Positions 9,401 through 20,997 of a stretch of DNA of 64,000 nucleotides are shown piece after piece. The DNA lies in the NCBI GenBank assembly GCA_963749495.1, contig CAVVMW010000008.1:224001-288000 (forward strand), in the 5' to 3' direction. The notes beneath the pieces were generated by a model, which saw only the letters and a program-made list of their open reading frames with translations, had not been told where the DNA came from and did no database searches. How positions within the stretch are numbered: the stretch's first letter is position 1; each line of letters opens with the position of its first letter. This DNA comes from an uncultured bacterium. GTDB lineage: Bacteria > Verrucomicrobiota > Verrucomicrobiia > Limisphaerales > UBA8199. The translations under genes and the position numbers were made by a program.

Positions 9401-10182
9401 TAGTTATTGTTCGACCACGTCTCCGGATGTGAGTCGTGGTCGTTGTTCCAGCGCCGGCGGGCGACGTTGGTCTTTTTGAGCCAGGCGATGTGCCGGGCAT
9501 ATTCGACATGGGCATCGCAGAAGACCACGTTTTCCCCGTTGTCATGGCGGGGAGCCAACTCCGCAAGGAGGTTGATGGGGAACAAGTCATCCAGGTCATT
9601 GTCGCCGGTGCCGGAATTGGGTTTGCAATCGGCCACTGCGGCCATGTCGCCGGGGGCTTTGACCTGGCTCTCAGCCAGGTATTGGGCGCCGGAGCGGCTC
9701 CCCTGGTCGTAGCCGCCGTCCAGCCCCAGGCTGGCGCCCATGGCCGGATAGCGGCCACTGCCCGCCATGTTGTAACCGTAGCTGGGATTGGGCAGGGGCC
9801 GGGCGGGGTTGTTGGTCCATTTGGGGGCCGTCTTGTTGGCCGGACACCAGAAGAGGTTGTAATTGTTTGCTGCGAAGGCCACGACCTTGACGTCCCAGAG
9901 CGTCATGGCGCTGGTGGGGCCGCTATAACCCTCGGCGCAGAGGGGGTATTTCCGGAACTCCAGTGTGTAGAGGCCCAGGGCAAGGCCGATTTGATGGAGA
10001 TTGCTCTTGCAGGCGGCCGACAGCCCGGCACCCTTTGCCCGCGAGAGGGCCGGCAACAACATGGCCGCCAGAATCGCGATGACGGCGATGACCACCAGTA
10101 ACTCGATCAGCGTGAACGCCGGGCGTTGCGCGGGCGCGGTGTTCCGATCCGCAGATTCGATCGACTTTGGCTTCGGGTGCAT
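9400..10182 (-). CDS. Prepilin-type N-terminal cleavage/methylation protein (DUF1559 / H-X9-DG type)
   Basis: [54 protein letters not shown]. Confidence 0.92.
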   Translation of the reverse strand: MHPKPKSIESADRNTAPAQRPAFTLIELLVVIAVIAILAAMLLPALSRAKGAGLSAACKSNLHQIGLALGLYTLEFRKYPLCAEGYSGPTSAMTLWDVKVVAFAANNYNLFWCPANKTAPKWTNNPARPLPNPSYGYNMAGSGRYPAMGASLGLDGGYDQGSRSGAQYLAESQVKAPGDMAAVADCKPNSGTGDNDLDDLFPINLLAELAPRHDNGENVVFCDAHVEYARHIAWLKKTNVARRRWNNDHDSHPETWSNNN

Positions 10183-10298
10183 TCTCTTGCGGGATGTTGG
10201 TAGGGCTTTTACCACCGCCCGAGGCGCTTGTCAACCGCGGCTTGAAGCAGCCGACAAAGAGGCGCATCCCGACACTACGCCCGCCACCGGGGGCCGGA

Positions 10299-10412
10299 CC
10301 GGAGTGCGCCCGTCCCCGGGCGCAGCGAGGTCCGGAGCCAGGGCAGCGGTCAAACACTCCAGCGCGCCTGCCCGCTCCGTCGCTGTTGCGCCCGGGGACG
10401 GGCGCACTCCGG
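10299..10412. repeat. REPIN-like inverted REP pair (GGAG foot)
   Basis: CCGGAGTGCGCCCGTCCCCGGGCGCA and its reverse complement at 10387-10412. Confidence 0.88.
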
Positions 10413-10491
10413 GGGCGGCGTCCGGATGCGTCCATAACAAAGGCAAAATCAGTGTTGGCAAAATCATCGAGCGGAGGCACCATCCGGGTTC

Positions 10492-11826
10492 ATGAAGAAG
10501 CCAGCCAAAGGCGCGGGGATGACCCGCCGCAATTTTCTGCAACACAGTGCCTTGGCGCTGGGGGCCTTGAACGTGGTCCCCTGGCGCGTGCTGGGGATGG
10601 CCGGGTCGCCCGGGGCCAACGCCCGCTTCGTCGTGGGGCATATCGGCGTCGGGGGCATGGGGATGACCCACCTGTTCAACATGCTGAAGTTCCAGCAGGA
10701 GGGCAAGGTGCGCATCGGCGCTGTCTGCGACGTGGACGACAACCGCCTGGAGGCGGCGGTCAACAACGCGGGCAAGGGGGTAATGCCCTATCGTGACTAC
10801 CGTTACCTGCTCGAGCGAAAGGACATTGATGCGGTGCTCATCGCCACGCCCGACCACTGGCACGCCGTCCAGACGGTGCATGCCTGCGAGAGCGGCAAAC
10901 ACGTGTATGTCGAGAAGCCGGCCTCGGTGACCGTGCGCGAGGGCCAGGCGATGGTCGCGGCGGCGCGCGCCCACAAGGTGGCCGTCCAAGTCGGCGCCCA
11001 GGCCCGCACCGCCAAGGGCGGGTGGTACACCTGCCGCGCCATCCGCAACGGGATCGTCGGCAAAGTCAACCGCGTCTCCTGCTGGCATTACGCCAACCCG
11101 GTGGACGAAAAACCGGTGCCCGACGGTCCGCCGCCCGAGGGCCTGGATTGGGACCTGTGGCTGGGGCCGCTGCCCTGGCGCCCGCACAACCAACGCTATC
11201 AGCCGGCCAACTTCCGCTGGCTGCTCGAGTCGGGCGGGGGCCAAATCCGCGACCGGGGCGCTCACCAATTCAGCACCATCCTCTGGTGCATGAATGCCGA
11301 CAACCAGACCTCGTTCACGGTCACGGCAAGCGGCCGCCCCCCGGCCAAGGGCCTGTGGGATTGCCCAGTCGAGATGAACGTGCTCTATGAATTCAAAAAC
11401 CCCGACTGGACCCTCGAATGGGGCCAGCCCGGCAACAAGGTCGGCCAAACCGAGTTCGGCAACGTCTTTTGGGGCGAGCACGGCAAGCTCATCCTGGAGT
11501 GGGAAGGCGGCTACAAGCCCGCCAACCCGGAGGCCATCAATTTCAAGCTCCCCCCCGGCGCACAGGAGGTCTATCGCACCGACGAATACGAGGACTTCAA
11601 CATGAACCATAAGGCCGACTGGTTTAAGTCCATCCGGGAAGGACATTTGCGCCCCGCAGTTGATATCGAGATCGGCCACCGCACCGCCACCCTGTGCAAC
11701 CTCGGCAACCTCGCCTACATCCTCGGCCGCAAGCTCGTCTGGGACGGCCAAAAACAAGAGGCCGTCGGCGACCCCCAGGCCAATCGCTTCCTGAACCGGC
11801 CGCAGAGATACCCGTATGTGCTCTGA
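10492..11826 (+). CDS. Tat-exported Gfo/Idh/MocA oxidoreductase
   Basis: TRRNFL Tat motif, IGVGGMG, IATPDHWH, VYVEKP, LDWDLWLGP. Confidence 0.92.
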   Translation: MKKPAKGAGMTRRNFLQHSALALGALNVVPWRVLGMAGSPGANARFVVGHIGVGGMGMTHLFNMLKFQQEGKVRIGAVCDVDDNRLEAAVNNAGKGVMPYRDYRYLLERKDIDAVLIATPDHWHAVQTVHACESGKHVYVEKPASVTVREGQAMVAAARAHKVAVQVGAQARTAKGGWYTCRAIRNGIVGKVNRVSCWHYANPVDEKPVPDGPPPEGLDWDLWLGPLPWRPHNQRYQPANFRWLLESGGGQIRDRGAHQFSTILWCMNADNQTSFTVTASGRPPAKGLWDCPVEMNVLYEFKNPDWTLEWGQPGNKVGQTEFGNVFWGEHGKLILEWEGGYKPANPEAINFKLPPGAQEVYRTDEYEDFNMNHKADWFKSIREGHLRPAVDIEIGHRTATLCNLGNLAYILGRKLVWDGQKQEAVGDPQANRFLNRPQRYPYVL

Positions 11827-11842
11827 GAGGACGAATGAAAAC

Positions 11843-11933
11843 TTTGTCGCAGCCTTTGTCGCAGCCTTTGTCGCAGCCTTTGTCGAGGCATGCCCAACCC
11901 CACAAAGGTTGCGACGAAGGTTGCGACAAAGGT
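11843..11933. repeat. Palindromic 12-mer arrays (CTTTGTCGCAGC)3 ... (GGTTGCGACGAA)2
   Basis: Same family as the array at 9289-9370. Confidence 0.88.
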
Positions 11934-12035
11934 CCGAACTCGCACGGCTCGTGGAAACAGGACCTGCACCCACCGCCTTATTGCACCAAAGAGTTTAGTT
12001 TTGCCAGCCGCTCTTAGCGTCCTGAGACCATTGTC

Positions 12036-12611
12036 ATGAATGCAGAACCATCCTCCTCAAATTCCCTGGCGGACCTCCTGACCCGCATCCAGAGTTCCGA
12101 CGACACCATCAGCGGTCCTGCCTGGCAGGGCGCCCAGACCTGCGGCGCTGCGGCCATCCAACCGCTGGCGGACATCCTGGGCAGTGCAAGCTTCGAAGTG
12201 GCTCGCAACGCCAAACGGGCCCTCTACAAGATCACGCGCCACGCCGGCCGCCCCGGGGCCGGAGACGAGGCCAAGGCGGCCGAAACCGCCTTGATAGCGG
12301 TGCTCCGGCACCAGAGTGCCCTTGTGCGCCGCGAGGCCCTCTGGATGCTCTCGGAAATCGGCACTGACCAGTCTGTCGGACCCATGGCTGCCCTGCTCCG
12401 TGACCCGGAAGCCCGCGAGGACGCCCGCGCAGCGCTGATGCGCTTCCCAGGCCCGAAGGCCACCGCCGCCTTGAGGGCCGCCTTTCGCACGGCCCCCGAG
12501 CCATTCAAGTACGCACTGGCCGATTCCTTGCGAAAGCGCCACGTCCCGGTCCGCGCTTATCCCAGCCGGAAGCTAGTGCCCACCGCCCAGACGACGGTTA
12601 AGCCTATTTGA
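12036..12611 (+). CDS. HEAT-repeat protein
   Basis: Helical repeats such as VRREALWMLSEIG and AREDARAALMRF; follows the oxidoreductase gene. Confidence 0.8.
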   Translation: MNAEPSSSNSLADLLTRIQSSDDTISGPAWQGAQTCGAAAIQPLADILGSASFEVARNAKRALYKITRHAGRPGAGDEAKAAETALIAVLRHQSALVRREALWMLSEIGTDQSVGPMAALLRDPEAREDARAALMRFPGPKATAALRAAFRTAPEPFKYALADSLRKRHVPVRAYPSRKLVPTAQTTVKPI

Positions 12612-12831
12612 GGGCGGAGGGCGGAATGTCAAATGCCGAATGACGAATGACGAATGACGAACGCGGAGGACAGAAGACACAAGGCAGATGGGGCAACCTA
12701 ACGGGCGACCCCACACTCCGCATTCCGTTCTCGGTCCTCCGTCCTCCGGCTTCGTCATTCGTCATTCGTCATTCGTCATTCGTCATTCGTCATTCGTCAT
12801 TCGTCATTCGTCATTCCGCACTCCGCACTCC
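12612..12831. repeat. Composite inverted heptamer arrays (GAATGAC)n ... (TTCGTCA)9 (TCCGCAC)2
   Basis: Directly visible. Confidence 0.92.
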
Positions 12832-12935
12832 CGCGGGGGGTGGGTTTTTACCCCATGGAAACGGCGGCGCAACGTGATATGAAGAAGGCGTCCTAGGCAT
12901 AGAGATTCGACAGGGGGCGAGTCGCTCGGCCTGAC

Positions 12936-12970
12936 AAAGAGCGGCCAGTGCAAAGGCCGCTCTTTTTTCT
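12936..12970 (+). terminator. Intrinsic terminator-like hairpin
   Basis: AAAGAGCGGCC-agtgcaaa-GGCCGCTCTTTTTT. Confidence 0.65.
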
Positions 12971-13012
12971 TGTCGCATTTGGCCCGATTCTGTGGTTTAG
13001 ATCAGGTGAAAG

Positions 13013-16000
13013 ATGCGTGGCAGACATGTGACTTGGCTTTTGTGGGGCGTGCTGTGCCTGGGGATCTGCTGGTTTTGGCGGTTCGAGAAACGGCCCGGAG
13101 GGGAGATTTCAGCCCTGCCTGCCGTGGAGCGGGTTCCTGAGCCAGGACAATCGAAAAGCCCGCATTCTATGGCAGCAACCTCGCCTGCAAGCCCTTGGGC
13201 ACTCGGGGAGCATCTCCGCTATCGCCTGAGCAACACGACACAGCCGCTCCACCAACTGTTGCGCAATCCCAAGGCGATTCTGCTGGAAAACGCCCTGCTC
13301 GACACCGCCCAGTCCACTGACCTGCCTATCCCTCCCTCGCTACGCGCCCAAGCCGAGCCGGGCGCCTATCTGGTCCAGGCCCGAGAGCCCGTGAACGCGG
13401 CCTTTCGAGCCCTGCTCCAGCAGGCCGGCGCCAGCATCGTTTCCTATATTCCCAACAATGCTTACCTGGTGCGCGCCTCGGAGGCGGCGGCCGATGCGCT
13501 CAGGGCGGCGCCGCAGACCCAGTCGGTGCTGGCCTACGAACCGTATTACAAGCTCAAGCCGTGGCTGTTGAAGGCGGCGCTGGAGCAGATGCCCTTGCCG
13601 GAGGGCAGCACGCTGCGGTTGCTGCTCTTTGCCGGCGCGCGGGCGGCCACGCTGGAGCAGTTGCAGGGCCTGGGGGTGGAGGTGCTGGGGGAGGAGCCCA
13701 CGCCCTTTGGGCCGCTGGTGCGGGTGCGCCCGCCTGCCGATCGGCGGGCAGGCCCGCCCCCGGCCCAGCCCGGGGCGGGGCAGGCGCTGGTGGCTGCGCT
13801 GGCGCAACTGGCCGGGGTGCAGGAGGTGGAATTGGGGCGGCAGCGGGTGAGCGCCAACGATTTGAGCCGGGCGACCCTGGGCGTGGCGGCCGATTCGGTA
13901 ACGCCGACTAATTACCTGGGTCTGACCGGGACCAACGTGCTGGTGGCGCTGGAGGACAGCGGTGTGGACGCGACACACCCGGACCTGGTCAACCGGGTGT
14001 TTGGGGACTCGACCAACAGCCTGGTGGACAGCGCCGGGCACGGCACGCACGTGGCGGGGATTATCGCGGGTGACGGGACGGAGTCCGGGACGGTGACCAA
14101 TGCCTCGGGTTCGCTGGTCACGGCCAACGGCACAGGGTACGGTTCTCAATTCCGGGGCAAGGCGCCGGGGGCGAGGCTCTATTCGATGAGCGGGGGAACG
14201 GATTTCGACTTGCAGCAGGCGGCGGCGCTGACCAATGCCTTCATTTCAAACAACAGTTGGACCTACGGCGACAACGAATATGACGTGGCGGCGGCCAGTT
14301 ACGATGCAGCGGTGCGCGATGCCTTGCCCGGCACGCCGGGCCCGCAACCGGTCCTCTTCGTTTTCGCCGCCGGCAATGCCGGGAGCGGCAACGACGACGG
14401 CACGCGCGGCAACCCGGACAGCATTCTCTCCCCGGCGACCGCCAAGAACGTGATCACCGTCGGCGCGCTCGAACAGCGGCGCAGCCTTGCCAACCCGCCC
14501 TGGACCGGATTGACCGCCGCCAGCAATCGCGTCGCCGGCTTCTCCAGCCGCGGCAACGTCGGGATCGGAATCGAGGGCGCCTTCGGCCGGTTCAAGCCCA
14601 ACCTGGTCGCGCCCGGGGTATTTGTCGTGTCCGCCCGTTCGCAGCAGTGGGATACGGGGGCCTACTACACAGCCGGCAATCCGGCGCTGGTAGTTCCGCA
14701 GGCCAGCCAGTCGCTCCTGGCGCTGAGCAATCTGGATGCGTCGCTGGCGGCGGCGCCGTCCTATTATCGGTATGAATCGGGCACCAGTCTTGGCGCGGCA
14801 GCGGTGTCAGGCACGCTGGCGCTGGTGCAGGAGTTTTTCCAGCAGCGCCTGCACCGCGCCGGCAGCCCCGCCCTCTTCAAGGCCATGCTCATCAACGGCG
14901 CCCGCACCTTGGGCGGCTCCGACGGTCTGTGCGTCACCAACCCCCTCAATTGCCAGGGGTGGGGCCGGCTCAATTTGCCCACGAGCCTGCCGCCCGCTTT
15001 GAGCAATCTCAATTCCGCGCCGGTTTCCTCCCCAATCTGGCTCTTTGACCAGGACACGGCCACGGCCCTGGCCACGGGCCAGAGCCGGACGCGCTATGTC
15101 TCTCTGGCGCCCGCGGCGCGCGCCCTGCCCCTGCGCGCTACACTGGTTTGGACCGACCCGCCCGGCAACCCCATCGCCGCTCTCAAGCTGGTCAACGATT
15201 TGGACCTCATCGTGACCAACCTCGACGACGGGACAGTCTATTGGGGCAATGACATCCCGGCCGGTTCGCTCTGGAACCAGCCCTGGACCCAGCCGGCCCG
15301 GCCAACCCGGATGTCATCAACAACGTCGAGAACGTCTTTCTGCCGGCCCCCCTGGGGACCAATTACTCGGTCACCGTGGTGGGGCGGCGCGTCAATGTGA
15401 ACGCCGTGGACGCCCAGGCCGAGAGCGTGGCCCAGGACTACGCCCTGGTCATCTCCAGCGGCGACGGTGAGACCCCCGATGCCATCCGGCTGGTTGACGG
15501 GCCGGCCGCGTTGGCCGCTAGGCCGCTGGTGACAGTCCTGACCAACCAGTTCGCCGCCAGTCCGACCGAGTATGGGGCCATTTTGCTGCACGAGCGGGTC
15601 GGCGCTGACGCCCCCCTGGCCGGCACTGGCACCGTCCCTTTGAGCGGCGGCAACGGCGCCATCACCATCGGCACGGTTAATGAGTGGCACTTCTATGTCC
15701 TGACCAACACGAGCGCCTTTGCCAACGCCGCTTTTCTCACGTTGCTGCCGCCGCCCCTCTCGGTCTCGGACCTCGCCGCTGTCGGCGGGCTCACCTCCCT
15801 GAGCGCCCTCCGGCCCGAGGCGGATATCGACCTCTACGTCTCGCAGGAGCCCGGGCTGACCAATCTGGACCGGGGCGCCATCGCCCGGGCGGACAAGTCA
15901 TTGGGGCGCGGCGGCACCGAGACGGTCGTCTATACCAATGCGGCGCCGGGCACGTACTACATCGGCGTCAAATCCGAAACCCGCCAAGGCGCCGAGTATG

Positions 16001-18779
16001 GGTTCATGGCGGTGTTCAGCCGATTGCCTTTCAGCGCGATGGATGGCAGCGGCAACCTGGTCTTGCGCGGCGTCCCCGCCCCGGCGCCGATACCGGACGG
16101 GACCCCGCAGCAGCCGGGCACCGCCTCTATCGTGGCCATTGCCCCGGACTCCGGCGCGATCCGCCGCGTGGTCGTCACCAATACGCTGACGCACCCGTCA
16201 ATGGGGGACCTGGCCGGCACGTTGACGCACCTGGACAGGGCCGTCGTCTTGAACAATCACTCGCCCAACCAAGCCGTCGTGGGCCAGACCTTTATCTACG
16301 ACAACAGCGGCGAGGGCGACATTGCCGGTGCGCAGCCCCCGGACGGCCCCGGCACACTGCGCGACTTCGCCGGCCTGTCCGGCGGCGGGCAATGGCTTCT
16401 GACCGAGTCGGACACCACGGCCGGCCACGCCGGAACCAATGACAGCCTTTGGCTCTACCTGGAGGCGCAACCGGACCTCTCCAGCGGCGCGGTGGTCTCG
16501 ATCCTCCCCGGCGGCTGCCGCGAGGATTACCTGGACCTGCCGCCCACGGCCACCAATTTGACCGCCGCAGTCTCGCTGCTCTCCGGCACGGGCCCGGTCT
16601 CGATGCAACTCGGCCCGGCCGGTTCCAGCGACACTGTCTCGGCCGTGGTGGCGACCAACGCAGATGGGTTGCTGGCGATCGACAAGGCCGCCAACCCGCC
16701 GCTGAACGCCGGCCAATACGTCTTGAGTCTCTGTAACGAAGGCCCCGATACCGTGACCCTGAGCAATTTCGTCTCCCAGGCGCTCGATCCCACCGCCCTG
16801 ACCATAGCCGTCTTCACCTCGACTAACCAGGTCCCCATCGCGGACAACGCGGTCACTGTGGCCAGCATGTTAGTCGAGAGCAACGCCCGCCTGGTCTCCG
16901 TGGATCCCGCCGTGCGCATCCGCCACCCGCGCGTCTCGGACCTGGTCCTGCACCTGGTCAGCCCCAGCGGCACCCGTGTCTTGCTGGACGAGAACCGGGG
17001 CGGCTCCAGCCCGGACGGGATGGGTCTGGATATTATTGTGACGAACACCGTGCCCGTGTCTTCCGCAGGCGGCGCGGCTGCCTCGACCAATGTCTTCGAG
17101 ACCGGCCTGACCGCCGGCACGATTACGATTTTCTACCAGATGTATGCGGCCCCGGACGACATGCGCGTCTATTACGGCGGCAACCTGATCTACGACAGCG
17201 GCCTGGTGAGTTCGAGCAATACGGTCAACATCCCCTATGGGCCGGGCGCGGACACGGCGGTGACCATCATCATGAACGAAGGCAATAATTGGAATCCGGG
17301 CACTTGGTGGTTTTACAGCGTCACCGCCCTCGGCCCCGGTTTCCTCTATGCCACCTTTACCGAGGACACCAACCTGGCCACGGCCCCCATCAAGTTCGCC
17401 CCGCCTCCGTTCACCAACGCCGCGCCCGTGATCGTCAACGGCGTGGCCTCCAACGGCATCTTCGTCCTGCCGGAGGAGTCGCTGGCCAAGCTGGCCGGTG
17501 AACCCGTGTCGGGCCAGTGGAAGCTCGAGGTCCAGGATACGCGCGCGAGCGCGAGCGGCTCGGCGCCGGCCCTGTTGAGCTGGCGGCTCTGGTTCGTGCT
17601 CGCCGACACCTTCCCCACACCCATCACCCTGGAGCACCACCGCGCCCAGACCAACAGCGTCGCGCCGGGCAAGATCCAGTACTTCAGCCTCGACGTGCCC
17701 ATCTGGGCGAACTTCGCAACCAATTCCGTGCTCTGGGCCACCGCGCCCGTGAACCTCCTCTTCGACCAGACCCACCCCCCCACCGGCACCAATTCGGCCG
17801 GCGATTTCTGCCTGCTCGCTCATTCGACCGGCGGCGGCGCGGTCCTGGCCGCAGGCTCCGGCAACCCGCCGTTGGTCCCCGGCGCGCGCTGCTTCCTGGG
17901 CGTCCAGAACCTCAATGCCGCTCCCGTCAGCTTCGCCTTCCAAAGCGATTTCGATGTCACCCCGCTCGCCGGCGACGTGCCCGTGACCGGGACTGTGCTC
18001 GGCGAGGGGCTGCCGCGTTATTACTCCTACGAGCCCCCCCGGACGCCAACGTCATGTCCTTCCAACTCTTCAACCTGAGCGGCAACGCGGATCTCTACGT
18101 CAACTTCGGCCTGCCTTTCCCCAGCCTCGACGGCACTTTCATCTTTGCGAGCGTGAATCCAGGGACCAATGACGAGCAGGTCCTGGTGGTCACCAATTCC
18201 GCCCTGGTGGCCCTGGGCCCGGGCCAGTGGTACGTGGGTGTGTTCAACGCGGACACCAACCCGGTGACCTACACACTCCTAGCCAATGAATACACCGTCG
18301 CTGGCACCAACATCATCCTCGTCAATGTCAACCTTTCCACCGATGGCCTCTCCCTGACCTGGGCCTCCACGTCCGGGCTCTATTACTGGATCGAAGGCGC
18401 CGCCGACCCGAGCGGCGCCAAATGCGTCCCCCTCTCTCGCACGCTTGTGGCGACCGGATTGCAGACCTCCTTCACTATCCCGTTTCCCTCGCCCTTCCAG
18501 TACTTCCTCATCAACCAAGGCACAGCGCCCGCGACGAACCTCCCGCCGGTGAGCATCACCGGGGTCTGGGTGCTCCCCACGGGCACCCAGTTGCAGTGGC
18601 AGGCCGGCACCAACAGCCAGTTCCAGGTCCAATGGAGCCCCGCGCTGGCCCCAATCGCCTGGAGCGCATTCCCCGTCCTGCTCACCTCGCCCACCGGCGC
18701 CTTTTCCTTTCTCGATGACGGCTCGTTGACCGGCGGGCTTGACCCGGTCCGGTTCTACAGGCTGATACAATTGCCCTAA
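13013..18779 (+). CDS. Large secreted S8 subtilase with P-domain/PPC-like modules (frameshifts near 15286 and 18040)
   Basis: Catalytic triad LEDSG / GHGTHVAG / SGTS, plus FAAGN, ATAKNVITVGA, TLVWTDPPG..LVNDLDL, NNVENV, HPRVSDLVLHLVSPSG and a C-terminal RFYRL. Three ORFs join through single-base indels in runs. Confidence 0.85.
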
Positions 18780-19777
18780 TGAAGATCCTTTTCATAGGCG
18801 GCACGGGCAACATCTCCTCCGAGTGCGCCGGTCTGCTGCTGGAGCGCGGCCACGAGGTGGCGCTGCTGAACCGGGGCCGCAGCCCCGCGCCGCCTGGCGG
18901 GCGCGTCTTGCGGGCGGACCGCAGGGACCCGGCGGGCGTGCGCGCCGCCCTGGCGGGCGCCGAACTGGAGGTGGTGATCAATTTCCTCGGCTACGAGCTC
19001 CCAGACGTGCAGTTGGACTTCGAGTTGTTCCGGGGCGCCGTGCGGCAATATGTCTTCATCAGCTCGGCGAGCGTCTATGCGAAACCGCCGCCTCGCCTGC
19101 CGCTGACCGAGGACGGCCCGGTGGGCAATGCCTGGTGGGATTATGCGCAGAAGAAGGTGGCCTGCGAGCAATGGCTGCGGCAGCGCTGGGAACAGGACGG
19201 CTTTCCCGTGACCATCGTGCGGCCCTCGCACACCTACTCCAGACGCTGGGTCCCCAACGCGGTCTCCAGCTCCAGTTTCACCTTTGCCGCCCGCCTCGCA
19301 CAGGGCAAACCGGTCTTTGTCCACGACGACGGCCAAACGCCCTGGACGCTGACGGCCTCGGCGGATTTCGCCCTCGGCCTGGCCGGGCTTCTGGGCCGGG
19401 CCGACGCCCTGGGCCAGGCCTTCCATATCACCAGCGACGAGGTGCTGACCTGGAACCGGATTTATTCTGAAATCGCCGATGCCCTGGGCGCGCCCTCCCC
19501 GCAGATTATCCCGGTGCCGACCGATTTCATCTGCAAGGCCGCCCCGCGCCTGACCGGCACGCTCAAAGGCGATAAGGCCCATCCGGGGGTGTTCGACAAC
19601 TCCAAGATCAAGCGCTTCGTCCCTGAGTATGTACCCCGCAAGCCTTTCCGTGTTGGGGTCCGCGAATCCATAGCCTGGCTGCGCGCCCACCCCGGCGAGC
19701 AAAACCTCAACCCGCTCCTTGACGCCGAGATCGAGGCCGTCCTGGCCGCGTGGGACAAGCATCGCCAGGGCGGGTGA
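18779..19777 (+). CDS. NAD-dependent epimerase/dehydratase (SDR)
   Basis: MKILFIGGTGNIS, FISSASVY, YxxxK (YAQKK), TIVRPSHTY. Confidence 0.92.
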   Translation: MKILFIGGTGNISSECAGLLLERGHEVALLNRGRSPAPPGGRVLRADRRDPAGVRAALAGAELEVVINFLGYELPDVQLDFELFRGAVRQYVFISSASVYAKPPPRLPLTEDGPVGNAWWDYAQKKVACEQWLRQRWEQDGFPVTIVRPSHTYSRRWVPNAVSSSSFTFAARLAQGKPVFVHDDGQTPWTLTASADFALGLAGLLGRADALGQAFHITSDEVLTWNRIYSEIADALGAPSPQIIPVPTDFICKAAPRLTGTLKGDKAHPGVFDNSKIKRFVPEYVPRKPFRVGVRESIAWLRAHPGEQNLNPLLDAEIEAVLAAWDKHRQGG

Positions 19778-19803
19778 CCGGGACGCTATCGCGTGCCTCC
19801 CTC

Positions 19804-19870
19804 CCTTTTGTCCCTTTTGTCCCTTTTGTCACTTGCAGAAGCGACAAGAGGGACAAAAGGGACAAAAGGG
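19804..19870. repeat. Inverted 9-mer arrays (CCTTTTGTC)3 ... (GACAAAAGG)n between convergent genes
   Basis: Directly visible; a related unit occurs at 6392-6416. Confidence 0.85.
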
Positions 19871-19901
19871 GCCGATTTCGAGTTCTCGGCTCCACTCCCG
19901 C

Positions 19902-20879
19902 TCACCTGGCGAATATCCGCCGGATGACCTCCTCGATGGGCACTTCCTGGATGTCAATGTCGCTGACGGGGAGTTGGTCGAGCAGGGCTTTGCAGACGGG
20001 GATGACGCGCTCGCGTTTGACCTTGAGCTGGATGCTGCCGGAGGTCTGCTGGACGATCTCGCCGTATTTGCCCAAGTGATCGGCAGAGCAATCGGCAGTC
20101 GCCGCGCAATGGATGGTGACCAGCTTGAAGTCGGCGAAGCGGTCGACGATCTCGCTGAGCCGTCCGTCGAAGAAGATGGCGCCGTGGTCGATGATAATGA
20201 CCCGCTCGCACAGGGCCTGGATATCGGCCATGTAGTGGCTGGTGAGCAGGATAGTGGTCTTGCGCGTGGCGTTATGGGCGCGGAGGAACTCGCGGACGGT
20301 CTTCTGGGAGACAACGTCCAGCCCGATGGTGGGCTCGTCCAGGAACAGGACCTTGGGTTGGTGCAGCAGCGCGGCAATCAACTCCATCTTGGCGCGCTCG
20401 CCCAGGGAGAGCTCGCGCACGCTCACGTCCATCTTGTCGCGCACCCCGAGCAACTCGCCCATCCCGGCAACCGTCCGCTCCAGCGTGGCGGGCGGGATGC
20501 CGTAGATCTTGGCGTTGAGGTCGAACGACTCGCGGGCCGGCAGGTCCCACCAAAGCTGGTTCTTCTGCCCCAGCAACAGGGCGAATTGCCGGCGGTAGCC
20601 GTCCTGGCGCTCCCACGGCACGTAGCCCAGCACCCGCGCCGTGCCGCCGGTGGGGTAGAGCAGGCCCGACAACATCTTGAGCGTGGTTGTCTTGCCCGCC
20701 CCGTTCGGCCCCAGAAAGCCCACCAGCTCGCCCGCCTGGATGGTGAAGCTGACGTCCTTCACCGCCAGCGTCTGCTCATAAGTGCGGCGAAACAGCCCCT
20801 TGAGCGCCCCGGCAAAACCGGGCTGCTTCTTGTAAGTGCGAAAGGCCTTGGTCAGGCCGTTGACTTCGATGGCGGGCAT
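19902..20879 (-). CDS. ABC transporter ATP-binding protein
   Basis: GPNGAGKTT, LSLGER, LFLDEPTIGLD, TSH. Confidence 0.95.
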   Translation of the reverse strand: MPAIEVNGLTKAFRTYKKQPGFAGALKGLFRRTYEQTLAVKDVSFTIQAGELVGFLGPNGAGKTTTLKMLSGLLYPTGGTARVLGYVPWERQDGYRRQFALLLGQKNQLWWDLPARESFDLNAKIYGIPPATLERTVAGMGELLGVRDKMDVSVRELSLGERAKMELIAALLHQPKVLFLDEPTIGLDVVSQKTVREFLRAHNATRKTTILLTSHYMADIQALCERVIIIDHGAIFFDGRLSEIVDRFADFKLVTIHCAATADCSADHLGKYGEIVQQTSGSIQLKVKRERVIPVCKALLDQLPVSDIDIQEVPIEEVIRRIFAR

Positions 20880-20997
20880 CCGGACCTTTTGGCCCTAAAG
20901 TCACTGTTTTGATGCGGAAGTCAACAAGAGACCGTGGAAAGCCGGAGGGCAGGACATCTTCTTGGGTCTGGACGCGGCGTCCGATTCATGGCAATAG

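Noticed and set aside
12860..12970. Riboswitch or ncRNA upstream of the subtilase gene
   Set aside because: Only a terminator-like hairpin is supportable; no known aptamer consensus was recognised.
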